Source: Vicinamibacterales bacterium
GTDB lineage: Bacteria; Acidobacteriota; Vicinamibacteria; Vicinamibacterales; UBA8438
DNA: 64,000 nt
Reading direction: 5' to 3'
NCBI GenBank assembly: GCA_965229825.1
Contig: CBDDJQ010000010.1
Location: forward strand, 159,417-223,416
Part shown: piece by piece, positions 35,392 to 45,031 of the stretch
How the letters are laid out: each line of letters opens with the position of its first letter
Numbering within the stretch: position 1 is the stretch's first letter
The notes under the pieces: generated by a model
Databases searched by the model: none
What the model was told of the DNA's origin: nothing
What the model saw: the letters and a program-made list of their open reading frames with translations, nothing else
Program-made: the position numbers and the translations under genes

Positions 35392-36738
35392 ATGCATGCG
35401 AAGTCGTACCGCCGGTGGGTCGGTGTCGGCGCGGCGCTGTGCGCGCTGATCGCCGCGCCCGGTCTGGCCGCGGCCAACGAGGCCGAGGCCGACTACCAGC
35501 CGACGTTCGCGAAGGACGTCGCGCCGATTCTGCAGCAGAAGTGCCAGGAGTGCCATCAGCCCAACTCCATCGCGCCGATGTCCCTGTTGACCTACGGGGA
35601 AGTGCGGCCCTGGGCACGGGCGATCAAGGACCGTGTGGTCTCGCTCGAGATGCCGCCCTGGCATATCGACCGGACCGTCGGCATTCAGACGTTCAAGAAC
35701 GACCGGTCGTTGAGCCAGGAGCAGATCGACACCATCGTGAACTGGGTGGACGGCGGCGCCCCCCTGGGCGACCGCGCCGACCTGCCGCCCGCGGTCGAGT
35801 GGCCCGACCCCGAGTCGTGGCGTCTGTCGGACCGCTTCGGCGAGCCCGATCTCGTCGTGCCCTCGGCTCCCTTCGACGTGGCCGCCGACGGCCAGGACAA
35901 GTGGTGGCGGCCGCTGGCCGAGACCGGGCTGACCGACGAGCGTTGGGTGAAGGCGATCGAGATCAAGCCCTCGGTCCCCGGCGGCCGCAAGGTCGTGCAT
36001 CACGCCATCGCGCGGCTCCTCCAGGAAGAGGAGGGGGTGACGGGGCTGGCCAACAGCGTGGACTTCGACGACGACATCGGTCCCGGCACGTTCATGGAGT
36101 GGGCGGTCGGCAAGGAAGGCGAGATCTTCCCCGACGACGCCGGCAAGCTGATGCTGCCGGGCGCGCAGATTCAGTGGGACATCCACTATCACGCGATCGG
36201 CGAAGAAGTGGCCGGCGACGTGGTCGAGCTCGGGGTCTACTTCCACGAGGCGGGATATACGCCGAAGTATCGGACCATCCTGCACGGCTTCCGCGGGCAT
36301 CAGGGCGGCATCGACATTCCCCCCGGCGAGATCGGCATGAGCCAGGGCTTCACCATGCTCAAGGGGCCGGCCCGCCTCGAGAACTACCAGCCGCACATGC
36401 ACATGCGCGGCAAGGCGATGTCGATGGAGGCGGTGCTGCCCGACGGTTCGCGCCGGATGCTCAACAACGTGGGCAACTTCCGGTGGAACTGGCACATCAA
36501 CTACATCTACGACGAAGAGGTGGCCCCGCTGCTGCCCGGCGGCACGATGATCGTCGTCACCGCGTGGCACGACAACTCCACCGGGAACCGCGAGAATCCG
36601 GATCCGCGCCAGTGGGTCGGCAACGGCTCTCGCACCGTCGACGAGATGGCCCACGCCTGGGTCGACGTCACGTACCTCGAGCAGGACGAGTACGAGCAGT
36701 TGGTCGCCGACCGCGAGGAGCTGGCGAACGACGACTAG
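35392..36738 (+). CDS. Secreted CxxCH (cytochrome c-type) protein with a His-rich, Cu-monooxygenase-like C-terminal part
   Basis: The signal peptide is followed by FAKDVAPILQQKCQECHQPNSIAPMSL. Further on come HHAIARL and HMHMRGKAM. The functional assignment is tentative. Confidence 0.6.
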   Translation: MHAKSYRRWVGVGAALCALIAAPGLAAANEAEADYQPTFAKDVAPILQQKCQECHQPNSIAPMSLLTYGEVRPWARAIKDRVVSLEMPPWHIDRTVGIQTFKNDRSLSQEQIDTIVNWVDGGAPLGDRADLPPAVEWPDPESWRLSDRFGEPDLVVPSAPFDVAADGQDKWWRPLAETGLTDERWVKAIEIKPSVPGGRKVVHHAIARLLQEEEGVTGLANSVDFDDDIGPGTFMEWAVGKEGEIFPDDAGKLMLPGAQIQWDIHYHAIGEEVAGDVVELGVYFHEAGYTPKYRTILHGFRGHQGGIDIPPGEIGMSQGFTMLKGPARLENYQPHMHMRGKAMSMEAVLPDGSRRMLNNVGNFRWNWHINYIYDEEVAPLLPGGTMIVVTAWHDNSTGNRENPDPRQWVGNGSRTVDEMAHAWVDVTYLEQDEYEQLVADREELANDD

Positions 36739-36754
36739 TTCTTGACCGGCCCCG

Positions 36755-36830
36755 GAATCATCGCCTTGCGGTTCCGGTACCGGCGCTGCCAACCTTGCAG
36801 GGGTCTGCGCCGTTCCACGGCGCGGACCCC
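36755..36830. repeat. Intergenic structured repeat, copy 2 (the 'atcatcgccttgcgg' module with a GC hairpin)
   Basis: The sequence gaatcatcgccttgcggttccggtacc...ggggtctgcgccgttccacggcgcggacccc aligns with 29756-29830. Confidence 0.6.
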
Positions 36831-37072
36831 TGCGCCGCGTCCTCCCCAAGAGCTGCCGTTCGAGCGGCCTTTCCTCTGGACTTCGTTCTCGCTCCAGTCC
36901 AGCCATGCCGCAGTTCCTCGCGGCGGACCCGACATCGATTCGCACGGGCGCCCGGCGACGCCCTCGACCCCGATGGCGGCGCGACGGCAGGTGACGCCGC
37001 TCTCATCGATGCACGTCGAAGCGCCCGTGGCATGAGGTATGATTTACGTATCCATGAATTCATATTCCGATC

Positions 37073-37288
37073 ATGAGAATCTCTGAACGCGGGCAGATCA
37101 CCATCCCGAAGCCTCTCCGGGATCGCTTCGGCATGAATCCCGATGTCGAGGTCGAGATCACGCCGACCGAGCAGGGGCTGCTCATTCAGAAGCGAACGGC
37201 AGCGCGGCACCCGGTGGACCGCGTGTACGCGGTGCTCGACCGGAGCGGCAACACGGACGACTACGTCGAGAAGATCCGCGGGCGATGA
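37073..37288 (+). CDS. vapB: AbrB/MazE/SpoVT-family antitoxin (VapB-type)
   Basis: The N-terminus is MRISERGQITIPKPLRDRFG. Its stop overlaps the downstream PIN gene start (ATGA). Confidence 0.85.
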   Translation: MRISERGQITIPKPLRDRFGMNPDVEVEITPTEQGLLIQKRTAARHPVDRVYAVLDRSGNTDDYVEKIRGR

Positions 37289-37692
37289 TCACCGCCGTCG
37301 ACACGAGCGTGCTGCTGGATGTGTTCCTGCCCGACGAGAACCATGGCCCGCGGTCGGCGCAGCGGCTTCGTACCGCCTACGATCGCGGGGCGATCCTCGT
37401 CTGCGACGTGGTCTACGCAGAGCTCGTGCCCGCCTTCGTTGACCGATCCGCGCTCGATCGGGTGCTTCGGGAGATCGGCGGGACCGCGTCCCCGATCGAC
37501 ACCGCCATCGCCTACGAGGCGGGGATGCGCTGGCGTCGATACCGCCAGGCCGGCGGTCCGCGAAAACGGATCATCACCGACTTCCTGATTGGCGCGCATG
37601 CGGTTGCGGCAGCCGATACCTTCCTGACTCGCGATCGCGGCTTCTACGCGACGTACTTCTCGGAGCTGGCGCTGGCGAGGGCGGAGGACTGA
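37285..37692 (+). CDS. vapC: PIN-domain toxin VapC
   Basis: The sequence reads MITAVDTSVLLDVF...CDVVYAEL...ITDFLIGAHA...LTRD, which carries the conserved acidic residues. Confidence 0.9.
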   Translation: MITAVDTSVLLDVFLPDENHGPRSAQRLRTAYDRGAILVCDVVYAELVPAFVDRSALDRVLREIGGTASPIDTAIAYEAGMRWRRYRQAGGPRKRIITDFLIGAHAVAAADTFLTRDRGFYATYFSELALARAED

Positions 37693-37843
37693 CCCTCCAA
37701 GGCTGGCAGGATCTGCCTTCCCCCGACCCGCTGCCGCTGGCAGCAACTGCGGGCGGATCGCACCGGATCGAATGCGCTCGGCGGCCGGGGGTGCATTCGG
37801 CGCTGGCACGCGAGATGCAATGTGGCGTGGGCGGGGGACGATC

Positions 37844-38113
37844 ATGACCACACGCCATTGGGGCGGCGCCTCGGATCGCCGGTACGTGCGACTCGTGCGC
37901 ACCACCTTGAAGATCGACGACGACGTGCTGGAAGCGGCGCGGTGCATCGCCGACGACGAACACGTCAGCGTCGGCGAGGTCCTGTCGAGGCTCGCGCGCC
38001 GCGGGCTCGAACCGCGGCCCGACGAGCCGGCGTGGGCCCGGCTTCCGGCACCGATGGTCCCGCGTCCGCCCGCGCCGAGAGGCGCCCTGACCCGCCGTCT
38101 CGACGACTCGTAG
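37844..38113 (+). CDS. VapB-like ribbon-helix-helix antitoxin, orphan (no adjacent toxin)
   Basis: The sequence reads RTTLKIDDDVLEAARCIADDEHVSVGEVLSRLARRGL. The start codon choice is uncertain. Confidence 0.5.
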   Translation: MTTRHWGGASDRRYVRLVRTTLKIDDDVLEAARCIADDEHVSVGEVLSRLARRGLEPRPDEPAWARLPAPMVPRPPAPRGALTRRLDDS

Positions 38114-38119
38114 CCCGGC

Positions 38120-39271
38120 GTGTCCGGCGGCATGGAGTACTCTGGAAAGATGTTCATGCGCCTGATTGCCTGGGTCGTATTCGTCGTCCTCCAGATCGTC
38201 TTCCTGCCGCTGCTGGTGCTGGGGACGCTGATGGTGACCTACAGGCAGCTCGTCATCAGCCGGCGCATGGGCGTCTCGCAGACGGCCATCGAGGTCATCA
38301 ACGGACGCTGGACCATGGACTGGTTCGGCATGCGGCCGGACCCGGCGACGGCGCGGCTCGCCGGCGTCCTGCCCAATACGTCGATCCTGGGGTTGCAACT
38401 GGTCCTGTTCCCGCTGTGGGTCAAGTACAAGCTGAGCGGCGCCTACTTCGCGTATCCCCGGCTGCCGCCGCCGGGCGGGGCGGAGACCCTGGCGGACATC
38501 GTCGTCGCCCGGACGCTCTACTTCGACCGGATCCTCGAGCGGGTCCTGCGCGAGGTCGAGCAGTTCGTGCTGTTGGGGGCCGGGCACGACACCCGGGCAT
38601 ACGGCCCGCTGGTGCCGGAGGGCGTGGCCTGCTTCGAGCTGGACCAGCCGAGGAATCAGGAGCTGAAGCGGTCGAGCCTGCGCGTGGCGGGGATCGAGGC
38701 GCGGGGCGTCACCTTCGTCCCGGTGGACTTCAGCCGGGACGACGCGTTCGAGAAGCTGACCGCGAGCGGCTACGACCCGGGGAAGAAGACGGCGTTTCTT
38801 TGGGAAGGCGTGACGCTCTACCTGGGCGAGGACGACGTGCGGAAGACGCTGCGGGGCGTCCGGGAGCACGCCGCGCCGGGCAGCGTGGTGGTGGCGGACG
38901 TCTATGGCGAGCGGTTCGTGCGAGTGGCCCGCGGGAAGGCCGCGAGGAAGACACTCGAATACACGGACGAAGGCATCGCCTCCGGACTGCCCTTCGCGAC
39001 GGACTGGGAGAAGACCCTGCGGGATTTCCTGAACAGCGAGGGGCTGGCCCTGGGCGAGTCGACCTTTCATGGGCCGGGCGAACCCCAAGGGGCCGTTCAT
39101 GGTCGTGGCCGAGTGCATCAGCGGGTCGGCGGACCGCCGTCAAGGGGAAGGAAGCGGGTCCGGGAACCAGGAGTCTGCGTCGTAGATGGGTGCCGACTCC
39201 AGCCGGAGGCGCCGAGTCCTGGCAGGGTTGAATGGGGCGGCGGAGCCGCAAGGCGGCGATTTCCGGGCTGA
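38120..39271 (+). CDS. Class I SAM-dependent (LCMT/O-methyltransferase TIGR00027-like) methyltransferase with an N-terminal membrane region. A C-terminal frameshift is possible.
   Basis: Motifs present: QFVLLGAGHDTRAY, CFELDQP, FLWEGVTLYL. After about 39075 the +1 frame reads PKGPFMVVAEC...* (stop at 39183-39185). That looks more native than the annotated tail. Confidence 0.7.
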   Translation: MSGGMEYSGKMFMRLIAWVVFVVLQIVFLPLLVLGTLMVTYRQLVISRRMGVSQTAIEVINGRWTMDWFGMRPDPATARLAGVLPNTSILGLQLVLFPLWVKYKLSGAYFAYPRLPPPGGAETLADIVVARTLYFDRILERVLREVEQFVLLGAGHDTRAYGPLVPEGVACFELDQPRNQELKRSSLRVAGIEARGVTFVPVDFSRDDAFEKLTASGYDPGKKTAFLWEGVTLYLGEDDVRKTLRGVREHAAPGSVVVADVYGERFVRVARGKAARKTLEYTDEGIASGLPFATDWEKTLRDFLNSEGLALGESTFHGPGEPQGAVHGRGRVHQRVGGPPSRGRKRVREPGVCVVDGCRLQPEAPSPGRVEWGGGAARRRFPG

Positions 39272-39342
39272 TGCGGATACCGGCGGGGTGCGGCGGGAGC
39301 GGGAGGGGAGTGGCCGGCGCAGGTCGCGCCGACCACTCGACT

Positions 39343-39786
39343 TCACTCGACGGTGACCGTGATCGTCGAGCAGAGCCCCTCGATGGTGCGGTGCTCGTCG
39401 TCGCCGACCTGCACGGCGAAGGTGTGCTCGCCCGGCGGCATCAGGCTCTCGAAGATGGAAGAGCCGTCGCCGAAGTGCACCCACGGACTCGACTGCGGAA
39501 TGATCTCGCCGGCCGCGAGGCACTCGGTGTCGATGCCGATGTGGTAGTGGCCGGCCGCCCACCGGGGCTGCTCGACTTCCTCGGGGACCGGCAACAGGGA
39601 GAAGCCCTCGCTGCCGAACTCGAACGCGACCGGGCTCGACACGGTGGCGCCGTCGGCCGGAGACGTGAAGAATACGCGCGGCCCGTCCTGGGCTTGGCCG
39701 GTCATCGACCACGCCGCCACTGCGACCGCGCCGGCCAGCACCGCTACCCCGAGCGCCCTCGTCTTCCGTTCCTTCATGTTCAACAC
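39343..39786 (-). CDS. Secreted DUF4399-like protein
   Basis: It has a signal peptide, followed by FTSPADGATVSSPV...GHYHIGIDT. Confidence 0.55.
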   Translation of the reverse strand: MLNMKERKTRALGVAVLAGAVAVAAWSMTGQAQDGPRVFFTSPADGATVSSPVAFEFGSEGFSLLPVPEEVEQPRWAAGHYHIGIDTECLAAGEIIPQSSPWVHFGDGSSIFESLMPPGEHTFAVQVGDDEHRTIEGLCSTITVTVE

Positions 39787-40241
39787 GACTGCTCCTTGAT
39801 GACTGGTGGATGATGACCCGCCGCCGGTCGAGCGCCCGCGGCGCTTGTCGCCCGCGGAGTACCGGCGCCGAGCCGCGGATTACGGGAGCATCCTATTGTC
39901 CCCGGCCGGGTTTCGCAACCCATGGTCCTTTCCAATGAGAAGTGAGCCTGAACGGGGAGTTGATTCCAACGTGAGATGAGCCTGAAGGAACCTGGGTCCC
40001 GGATCATCGGAGGATCATGACGCTCGACACGCGGCGCCCGCCGACTCTGGACCCGGTTGGGGAGTTCCCGCCGGCAGCCGACCGCTCGACCTGCGGCGGC
40101 GGCAGGCTCCCGCGGCAAGACAGCGCCGCACGGAGTGTGCGACACTCAGGACAGGTCGCCCACCGGTGGTGGTCACCGCCTGCGCAGGCGCCCGCCGGCC
40201 GTCTCGACAGACGACCTCGACCCCGAAAGGAGCTTTCGTCG

Positions 40242-41522
40242 ATGCCGCCTTCCTTTACGCGATTCTCTTCCACGGTGCAGCCCGAGGGGGCGTTCACGGT
40301 GCTGGCCGCCGCCCGGCGCCTCGCCGCCGCGGGGAAGGACGTCATCGAGCTCGAGATCGGAGACAGTCCGTTCCCGTCTCCCGACGCCGCCGTCGACGCC
40401 GGGATCGCGGCGATTCGGGCCGGCCGCACGACCTATGGCCCGTCGGCCGGACTGCCGGAGTTTCGCGCCGCCGCGGCGGCCTACGTCAGCGAGGAGCACG
40501 GGTTGCCGGTGACCGCCGACCAAGTGATCGCGGGTCCCGGCGCGAAGACGTTCGAGCAACTGTTCTGCGACGCGTTTCTCGAACCGGATGACGGCGTGCT
40601 CGTGTTCAGCCCGTACTTCCCGACCTACGCGGCGAACATCCGCCGGCGCGAAGCGCGGATGGTGGTGTCGAACCTGCGGGCGTCCCGGGCGTTTCGGCCG
40701 AATCTCGACGACGTGCGCCGGTTTCTCGTGGGGGACCCGCGGCCCAAGGCGATCTTCCTGAACAGCCCGCACAATCCCACCGGGGGGGTCGCGACCGAGG
40801 ACGACCTTCGCGAGCTGGCCGACCTGATTCGGGGCCGCAACGTGGCGGTGTTCGCCGACGAGCCGTACGACTGCATGGCGTGGGACGGCCGGCATCTGTC
40901 GCTGCTGGCGCAGCCGGGCATGTTCGACCAGACCGTCGCCGCCTATACGTTCAGCAAGTCGTTCAGCATGAGCGGGTGGCGCCTGGGGTACGCGGTGTCG
41001 AACCCCGACACGATCAAGGTCTTCGACCTGCTGACGAACGTCGCGTTGTCGTGCGTGCCGCCGTTCACGCAGTTGGCCGGGGTGGCCGCCCTCGAGCGCG
41101 GCCGGCAGTACCGCGACGAGCGGATGCGCGACTTCCATCGCAAGGTCGAGCTGCTGGTGGCCGGCCTGAACACCGTCGACGGCGTGAGCTGTCTCATGCC
41201 CGGCGGCACCTTCTACGTCTTTCCGTCGGTGGCGGAGATCTGCAACCGCGCCCACATCTCGTCCCACGGGCTGGCGCTGTATCTGCTCGAAGGGGCCGAC
41301 GACGCGGTCGGCGTCGCCTGTCTGGGCGGGGAGTGCTTCGGGGCGGCCGGCGGCGGCTTCCTGCGGTTGAGCTGCGCGCAGCCCGACGAACGGCTGATCG
41401 AAGCGGTGTCGTTCATCGCCGAAGCGGTGACCCGTCACGAACGCATCGCGGCGTACCTCGACGCCCATCCCGACCATCGACTCGGCGCGCCCTACGAGGT
41501 CGACGCGCCGGTGACGCCGTAG
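40242..41522 (+). CDS. Pyridoxal-phosphate-dependent aminotransferase (class I/II)
   Basis: Motifs present: YGPSAGLPEFR, FLNSPHNPTG, FSKSFSMSGWRLGY (the PLP lysine context). The SD GAAAGGAG precedes the ATG at 40242. Confidence 0.9.
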   Translation: MPPSFTRFSSTVQPEGAFTVLAAARRLAAAGKDVIELEIGDSPFPSPDAAVDAGIAAIRAGRTTYGPSAGLPEFRAAAAAYVSEEHGLPVTADQVIAGPGAKTFEQLFCDAFLEPDDGVLVFSPYFPTYAANIRRREARMVVSNLRASRAFRPNLDDVRRFLVGDPRPKAIFLNSPHNPTGGVATEDDLRELADLIRGRNVAVFADEPYDCMAWDGRHLSLLAQPGMFDQTVAAYTFSKSFSMSGWRLGYAVSNPDTIKVFDLLTNVALSCVPPFTQLAGVAALERGRQYRDERMRDFHRKVELLVAGLNTVDGVSCLMPGGTFYVFPSVAEICNRAHISSHGLALYLLEGADDAVGVACLGGECFGAAGGGFLRLSCAQPDERLIEAVSFIAEAVTRHERIAAYLDAHPDHRLGAPYEVDAPVTP

Positions 41523-41589
41523 CCCTCCCCGGGGGAGCCGTCCCGTTCCCGAATCGGCGTGCAGGTCCGCGCCCTGCACGCCGGCGCCG

Positions 41590-44500
41590 TCAGCCTCCGA
41601 ATCGATAGGTCAGCCCCACCTTGAACCGCCGGCCCTTCGGGTCGTGCGTGAAACCGTCGTACGCCTGCTCGACGTTGGCCCACGGCGGCTCTTCGTCGGT
41701 GATGTTCAATACGTAGAAGGTCAGGTCGATCCCGCTGCCGGGGAAGCGCCACAGGAAGCTCGCGTCCCAGGTGAGGAAGGGATCGATGACGGGAACCGTC
41801 GTGGTGCCCCGGTCCTCGTAGGAAGAGATGTAGCTCACGTAGGTCGCGAGGGTCTGGAGGTTCCGGGTGTAGGTGGTCGACCACCGGCTCTTCCAGCGGG
41901 GGATCGGCACCGAGATCGGGTGGGCGAAGTTCAGATAGCCGGCGGTCTCCTGGGCCGCGTAGAGTTCCACGCCGCTGCCTTCCAGCATCAGCGCCTTCGT
42001 CTCGTAGCCCAGCGTGTAGGTCGAGTCCCAGCTGATCGACAGCAGACCCGCGCCCGCCTGCGTCCGGGTGGCGAAGTGGGTGTCGATGCCGGTGGTCTTG
42101 AGCCCCGGCCAGTTCACGAGGTCGAGCTGGACGCGCTGGAGGGCCGAGGCGGCGCACCGGTCGGCCGGCATCAGCTCCGAGGCCCGGCCGCCGGGGCAGA
42201 TGATGAACGGCGCCATGGCGTCCCGGACGGCGGGGTCCTCGCTGTTGTAGAGGGCGGTCACCGCGGTGTACGGCATCGACCCGATCGTGTTCTTGAAGTC
42301 GTAGCTCCAGAAGTCGACCGTCGCCTCGACCGCGTCCTCCACGAAGAGCACCGCGCCCGCGTTGTAGGTCAGCGCCCGCTCGGGGACGAGGTCGGTGCGC
42401 CCGAACCGGTCGACCGCCTGGTAGGCGCCGGTCTCGTTGATCCACTCGAGGGTGGTCAGCGGGCTCGTGTTCAGATCGTCGAGCGACGGGGTCCGGAAGG
42501 TCGTCTGCACCGAGCCGCGCAGCGACACGGAGGCGCGGTCGTTCTCGGCGAGCTGAAGGCGCGCGGCGATCTTGGGGTCGAAGCTGTTCACGCGGCTGCC
42601 GGCGACGTTGTAGAACTCGTAGTTGGCGGCGAGCTGCGTATCGATTCGCGGGCCGAGGGTGAACGCGAGCTCGCCGAAGAACCGCTGCACCTGCTGATCC
42701 GCCTGATAGGGGCGGTGGACGTTGGTGAACAGGTAGGGACCGAACCGCTCGCCGGCGGCGCACCCGAGGTCCCCGGTCACCGGACAGGGGTTCACGGTGA
42801 CGTCGGCGGGGTCGTTCGGGTCGCCCGCGGCGTGCGTGCCGCGGTACTGATAGCCGACCGCGAAGTCGGCGACGTTCGGGACGATGTTGCCGCTCAGGGT
42901 GGCGTCGGCCACGAACAGGTGGGACGTGCTGACCAGGTCCACCTCCTCGTTGAGCCACAGGCGCAGATCCTCGGGGTTCGCGAGGTGGGCGGCGTAGTCC
43001 GGATTCGCCGTGTTCTGGAACTCCGACCCCTCCTGATCGGAGTACTGGATGGCGTTGCTGAACGGGTTGTAGTACTGGCACGGGCCCTGGCCCGCCACCG
43101 CGCCGTTCAGCGGTCCGAGCACCATGCCGGCCGGCGAGGTCGGGTCGGCCATCACGCCGACGCCGCAGTTCGTCCCTCCGAAGCCGCGGAACGCGCGGAA
43201 CATGCGATCCCGGTAGACCGCCGGCAGATTCAGATTGCCCCGAGCCCGCGAGTAGCTGACGCCCACGTCCCAGTTGGTGTCCCGGTTTCCGGTTCGGAAG
43301 GCGCCGTCGAGGGAGGCGGCGACCCGCTGGGTGCGGGACTGTCGGCGCAGGGTGCGGCCGGGGCCCGAGTTGCCGTACGGCCGCCCGTTGAAGTACCAGT
43401 TCTCGAGACCGGCGCAGGAGGGGTCGGCGTAGTCGGCGCAGTAGGCCTGCCGGCCGGGGTGGTCCGCCGCCACCTCCATGACGGTGGTGCTCGTCAGCGG
43501 GAAGGGGGGATACGACGGCGTCGTGTACCAGTTGGGAATCACCGCGTCGGCCCACAGGGCCTCGACGTGGTAGTTCGTCCGGTCGTTCACGGGACCGTTG
43601 AGCTCGGTGAAGACCCGCGTCTGATGCTGTTCGTCGATGATGTTGTCGTACTGCGCGTAGCGGAACCGGCAGGTCCAGCCCTCGTCCTGGCCGCCGAACT
43701 CGTCGCACCGGGGGTCGAAGACGTCGGCCGTCCACGGCATCGGCGCGCCCACCGCGAACGTGCCGGGGTTCCCCAGGCTCGACCAGCCGGCGCGGTTGCC
43801 CGGCACGTGGGCTCCGAGGCGGTCGAGACTCCAGGAGCGGTCCGCCATCATCAGGTCCTGGCGGCTGACCCGCTCCGCCGCGACGATCGCGTTGGACGAG
43901 CCGATGCGGCCGCCCCAGATGCCCGCGACGGTCGTGTCGCCGGCGCTGCTGAAGTAGTCCTGCGACACGTTGAGCTCGAGTCCCCGGAAGTCCCCGCGCG
44001 TCACGAAGTTGGCGACGCCGGCGACCGCGTCCGAGCCGTACGTCGCCGACGCGCCCTCCTTCAGCACCTCGAGCCGGCCGATGGCGATCGCCGGGATGGT
44101 GTTGACGTCGACGAAGCGCCCGCCGATGAGGCGCGAGGGGACGGGGACGTGGCGCCGGCCGTTGATGAGCACCAGGGTCCGCGAGGCGCCGAGGCCGCGC
44201 AGGTTGACGTTGGCCACGTTCTCGGTGAGCGTGCTCGGCTGATTCGAGTTGTACCAACTGTTTCGCTCGCCGATGACGCCGTGGCTGATGCTGAGGTTCT
44301 TGAAGAGATCGACGAGCTGGGTCGACCCCTGCTGCTCCAGTGTCTCGCGGCTGACGACGGCGACCGCGTGCGGCATGTCGATGGCCGGCGCGGCAATCGC
44401 GGTGCCGGTCACCGCCACCGTCACCTGCTCGAAGATGCCGCCGACGGTCAGGCTCGCATCGGCCATCGTCGTCATGCCCGCGACGACCTCGACGACGCTC

Positions 44501-44775
44501 TGCTGCGCCCGCTCGAAACCGGGCATCGAGTAGGCGAGCTCATAGGCGCCCGGCGGCAGGGCCGTGAGGGTGTAGCGTCCGTCCAGGTCCGTCACGGCCG
44601 AGCGCCGGCCGCCGGGCAGGGCCGGGCCGGAGGCTTCGACGCTCGCCCCGGGCAGAACGCCGCCGGTGGAGTCGGTCACGGTGCCGGTGATCGCGCCCTC
44701 CTGCGCGAACGCGGCCCCGGTCATCGCCAACAGGCAGACCCCGATGTGCAACCCGAGCGTCGATATCACCTTCAC
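41590..44775 (-). CDS. TonB-dependent outer-membrane receptor with an N-terminal carboxypeptidase-regulatory-like domain
   Basis: The signal peptide is followed by GAITGTVTDSTGGVLPGASVEA...DGRYTLTALPPGAYEL. The plug region includes NLRGLGASRTLVLINGRR. The ORF ends ...GLTYRFGG. The GTG start at 44775 is preceded by GGAGGTG. Confidence 0.9.
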   Translation of the reverse strand: MKVISTLGLHIGVCLLAMTGAAFAQEGAITGTVTDSTGGVLPGASVEASGPALPGGRRSAVTDLDGRYTLTALPPGAYELAYSMPGFERAQQSVVEVVAGMTTMADASLTVGGIFEQVTVAVTGTAIAAPAIDMPHAVAVVSRETLEQQGSTQLVDLFKNLSISHGVIGERNSWYNSNQPSTLTENVANVNLRGLGASRTLVLINGRRHVPVPSRLIGGRFVDVNTIPAIAIGRLEVLKEGASATYGSDAVAGVANFVTRGDFRGLELNVSQDYFSSAGDTTVAGIWGGRIGSSNAIVAAERVSRQDLMMADRSWSLDRLGAHVPGNRAGWSSLGNPGTFAVGAPMPWTADVFDPRCDEFGGQDEGWTCRFRYAQYDNIIDEQHQTRVFTELNGPVNDRTNYHVEALWADAVIPNWYTTPSYPPFPLTSTTVMEVAADHPGRQAYCADYADPSCAGLENWYFNGRPYGNSGPGRTLRRQSRTQRVAASLDGAFRTGNRDTNWDVGVSYSRARGNLNLPAVYRDRMFRAFRGFGGTNCGVGVMADPTSPAGMVLGPLNGAVAGQGPCQYYNPFSNAIQYSDQEGSEFQNTANPDYAAHLANPEDLRLWLNEEVDLVSTSHLFVADATLSGNIVPNVADFAVGYQYRGTHAAGDPNDPADVTVNPCPVTGDLGCAAGERFGPYLFTNVHRPYQADQQVQRFFGELAFTLGPRIDTQLAANYEFYNVAGSRVNSFDPKIAARLQLAENDRASVSLRGSVQTTFRTPSLDDLNTSPLTTLEWINETGAYQAVDRFGRTDLVPERALTYNAGAVLFVEDAVEATVDFWSYDFKNTIGSMPYTAVTALYNSEDPAVRDAMAPFIICPGGRASELMPADRCAASALQRVQLDLVNWPGLKTTGIDTHFATRTQAGAGLLSISWDSTYTLGYETKALMLEGSGVELYAAQETAGYLNFAHPISVPIPRWKSRWSTTYTRNLQTLATYVSYISSYEDRGTTTVPVIDPFLTWDASFLWRFPGSGIDLTFYVLNITDEEPPWANVEQAYDGFTHDPKGRRFKVGLTYRFGG

Positions 44776-44848
44776 GTTCACCTCCGCATGCGGCAAAAGG
44801 CGTCCCGCGCCCAGCGAGTACGAACTGCCGATGATGAATGTTAACCAA

Positions 44849-44962
44849 ATCATTGCCCTTGCGTGGCAAGGGGGACACTCCCCCTTGCGGGCCTTGGAGC
44901 CCGTGGTGAAAGTCCCCGCTGCATTCGACCGGTGCAACGCGGGGTTTCACCACGGGCTCCCT
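44849..44962. repeat. Intergenic structured repeat, copy 3 (nested palindromes plus the 64-nt long hairpin), in the 5' leader of the TonB-dependent receptor
   Basis: The hairpin at 44897-44960 is ggagcccgtggtgaaagtccccgctgcattcgaccggtgcaacgcggggtttcaccacgggctcc. Confidence 0.7.
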
Positions 44963-45031
44963 TGGCAACGTCGGCGGTGCACGACGGCCGAGTGCGCGCC
45001 GCTCGATCTCCCGGTACGCGCACCCGTCGCG

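Noticed and set aside
44776-44970. Cobalamin (B12) riboswitch in the leader of the TonB-dependent receptor. The sense strand reads ..AAGGGAGCCCGUGGUGAAACCCCGCG.., vaguely like GGGAA..GGUG.AA.CC.
   Set aside because: No convincing B12 box is present. The same hairpin also occurs at 29843-29912, where it is not in any 5' leader and is in the opposite orientation. That fits a dispersed REP-like repeat better. An Rfam scan would settle it.
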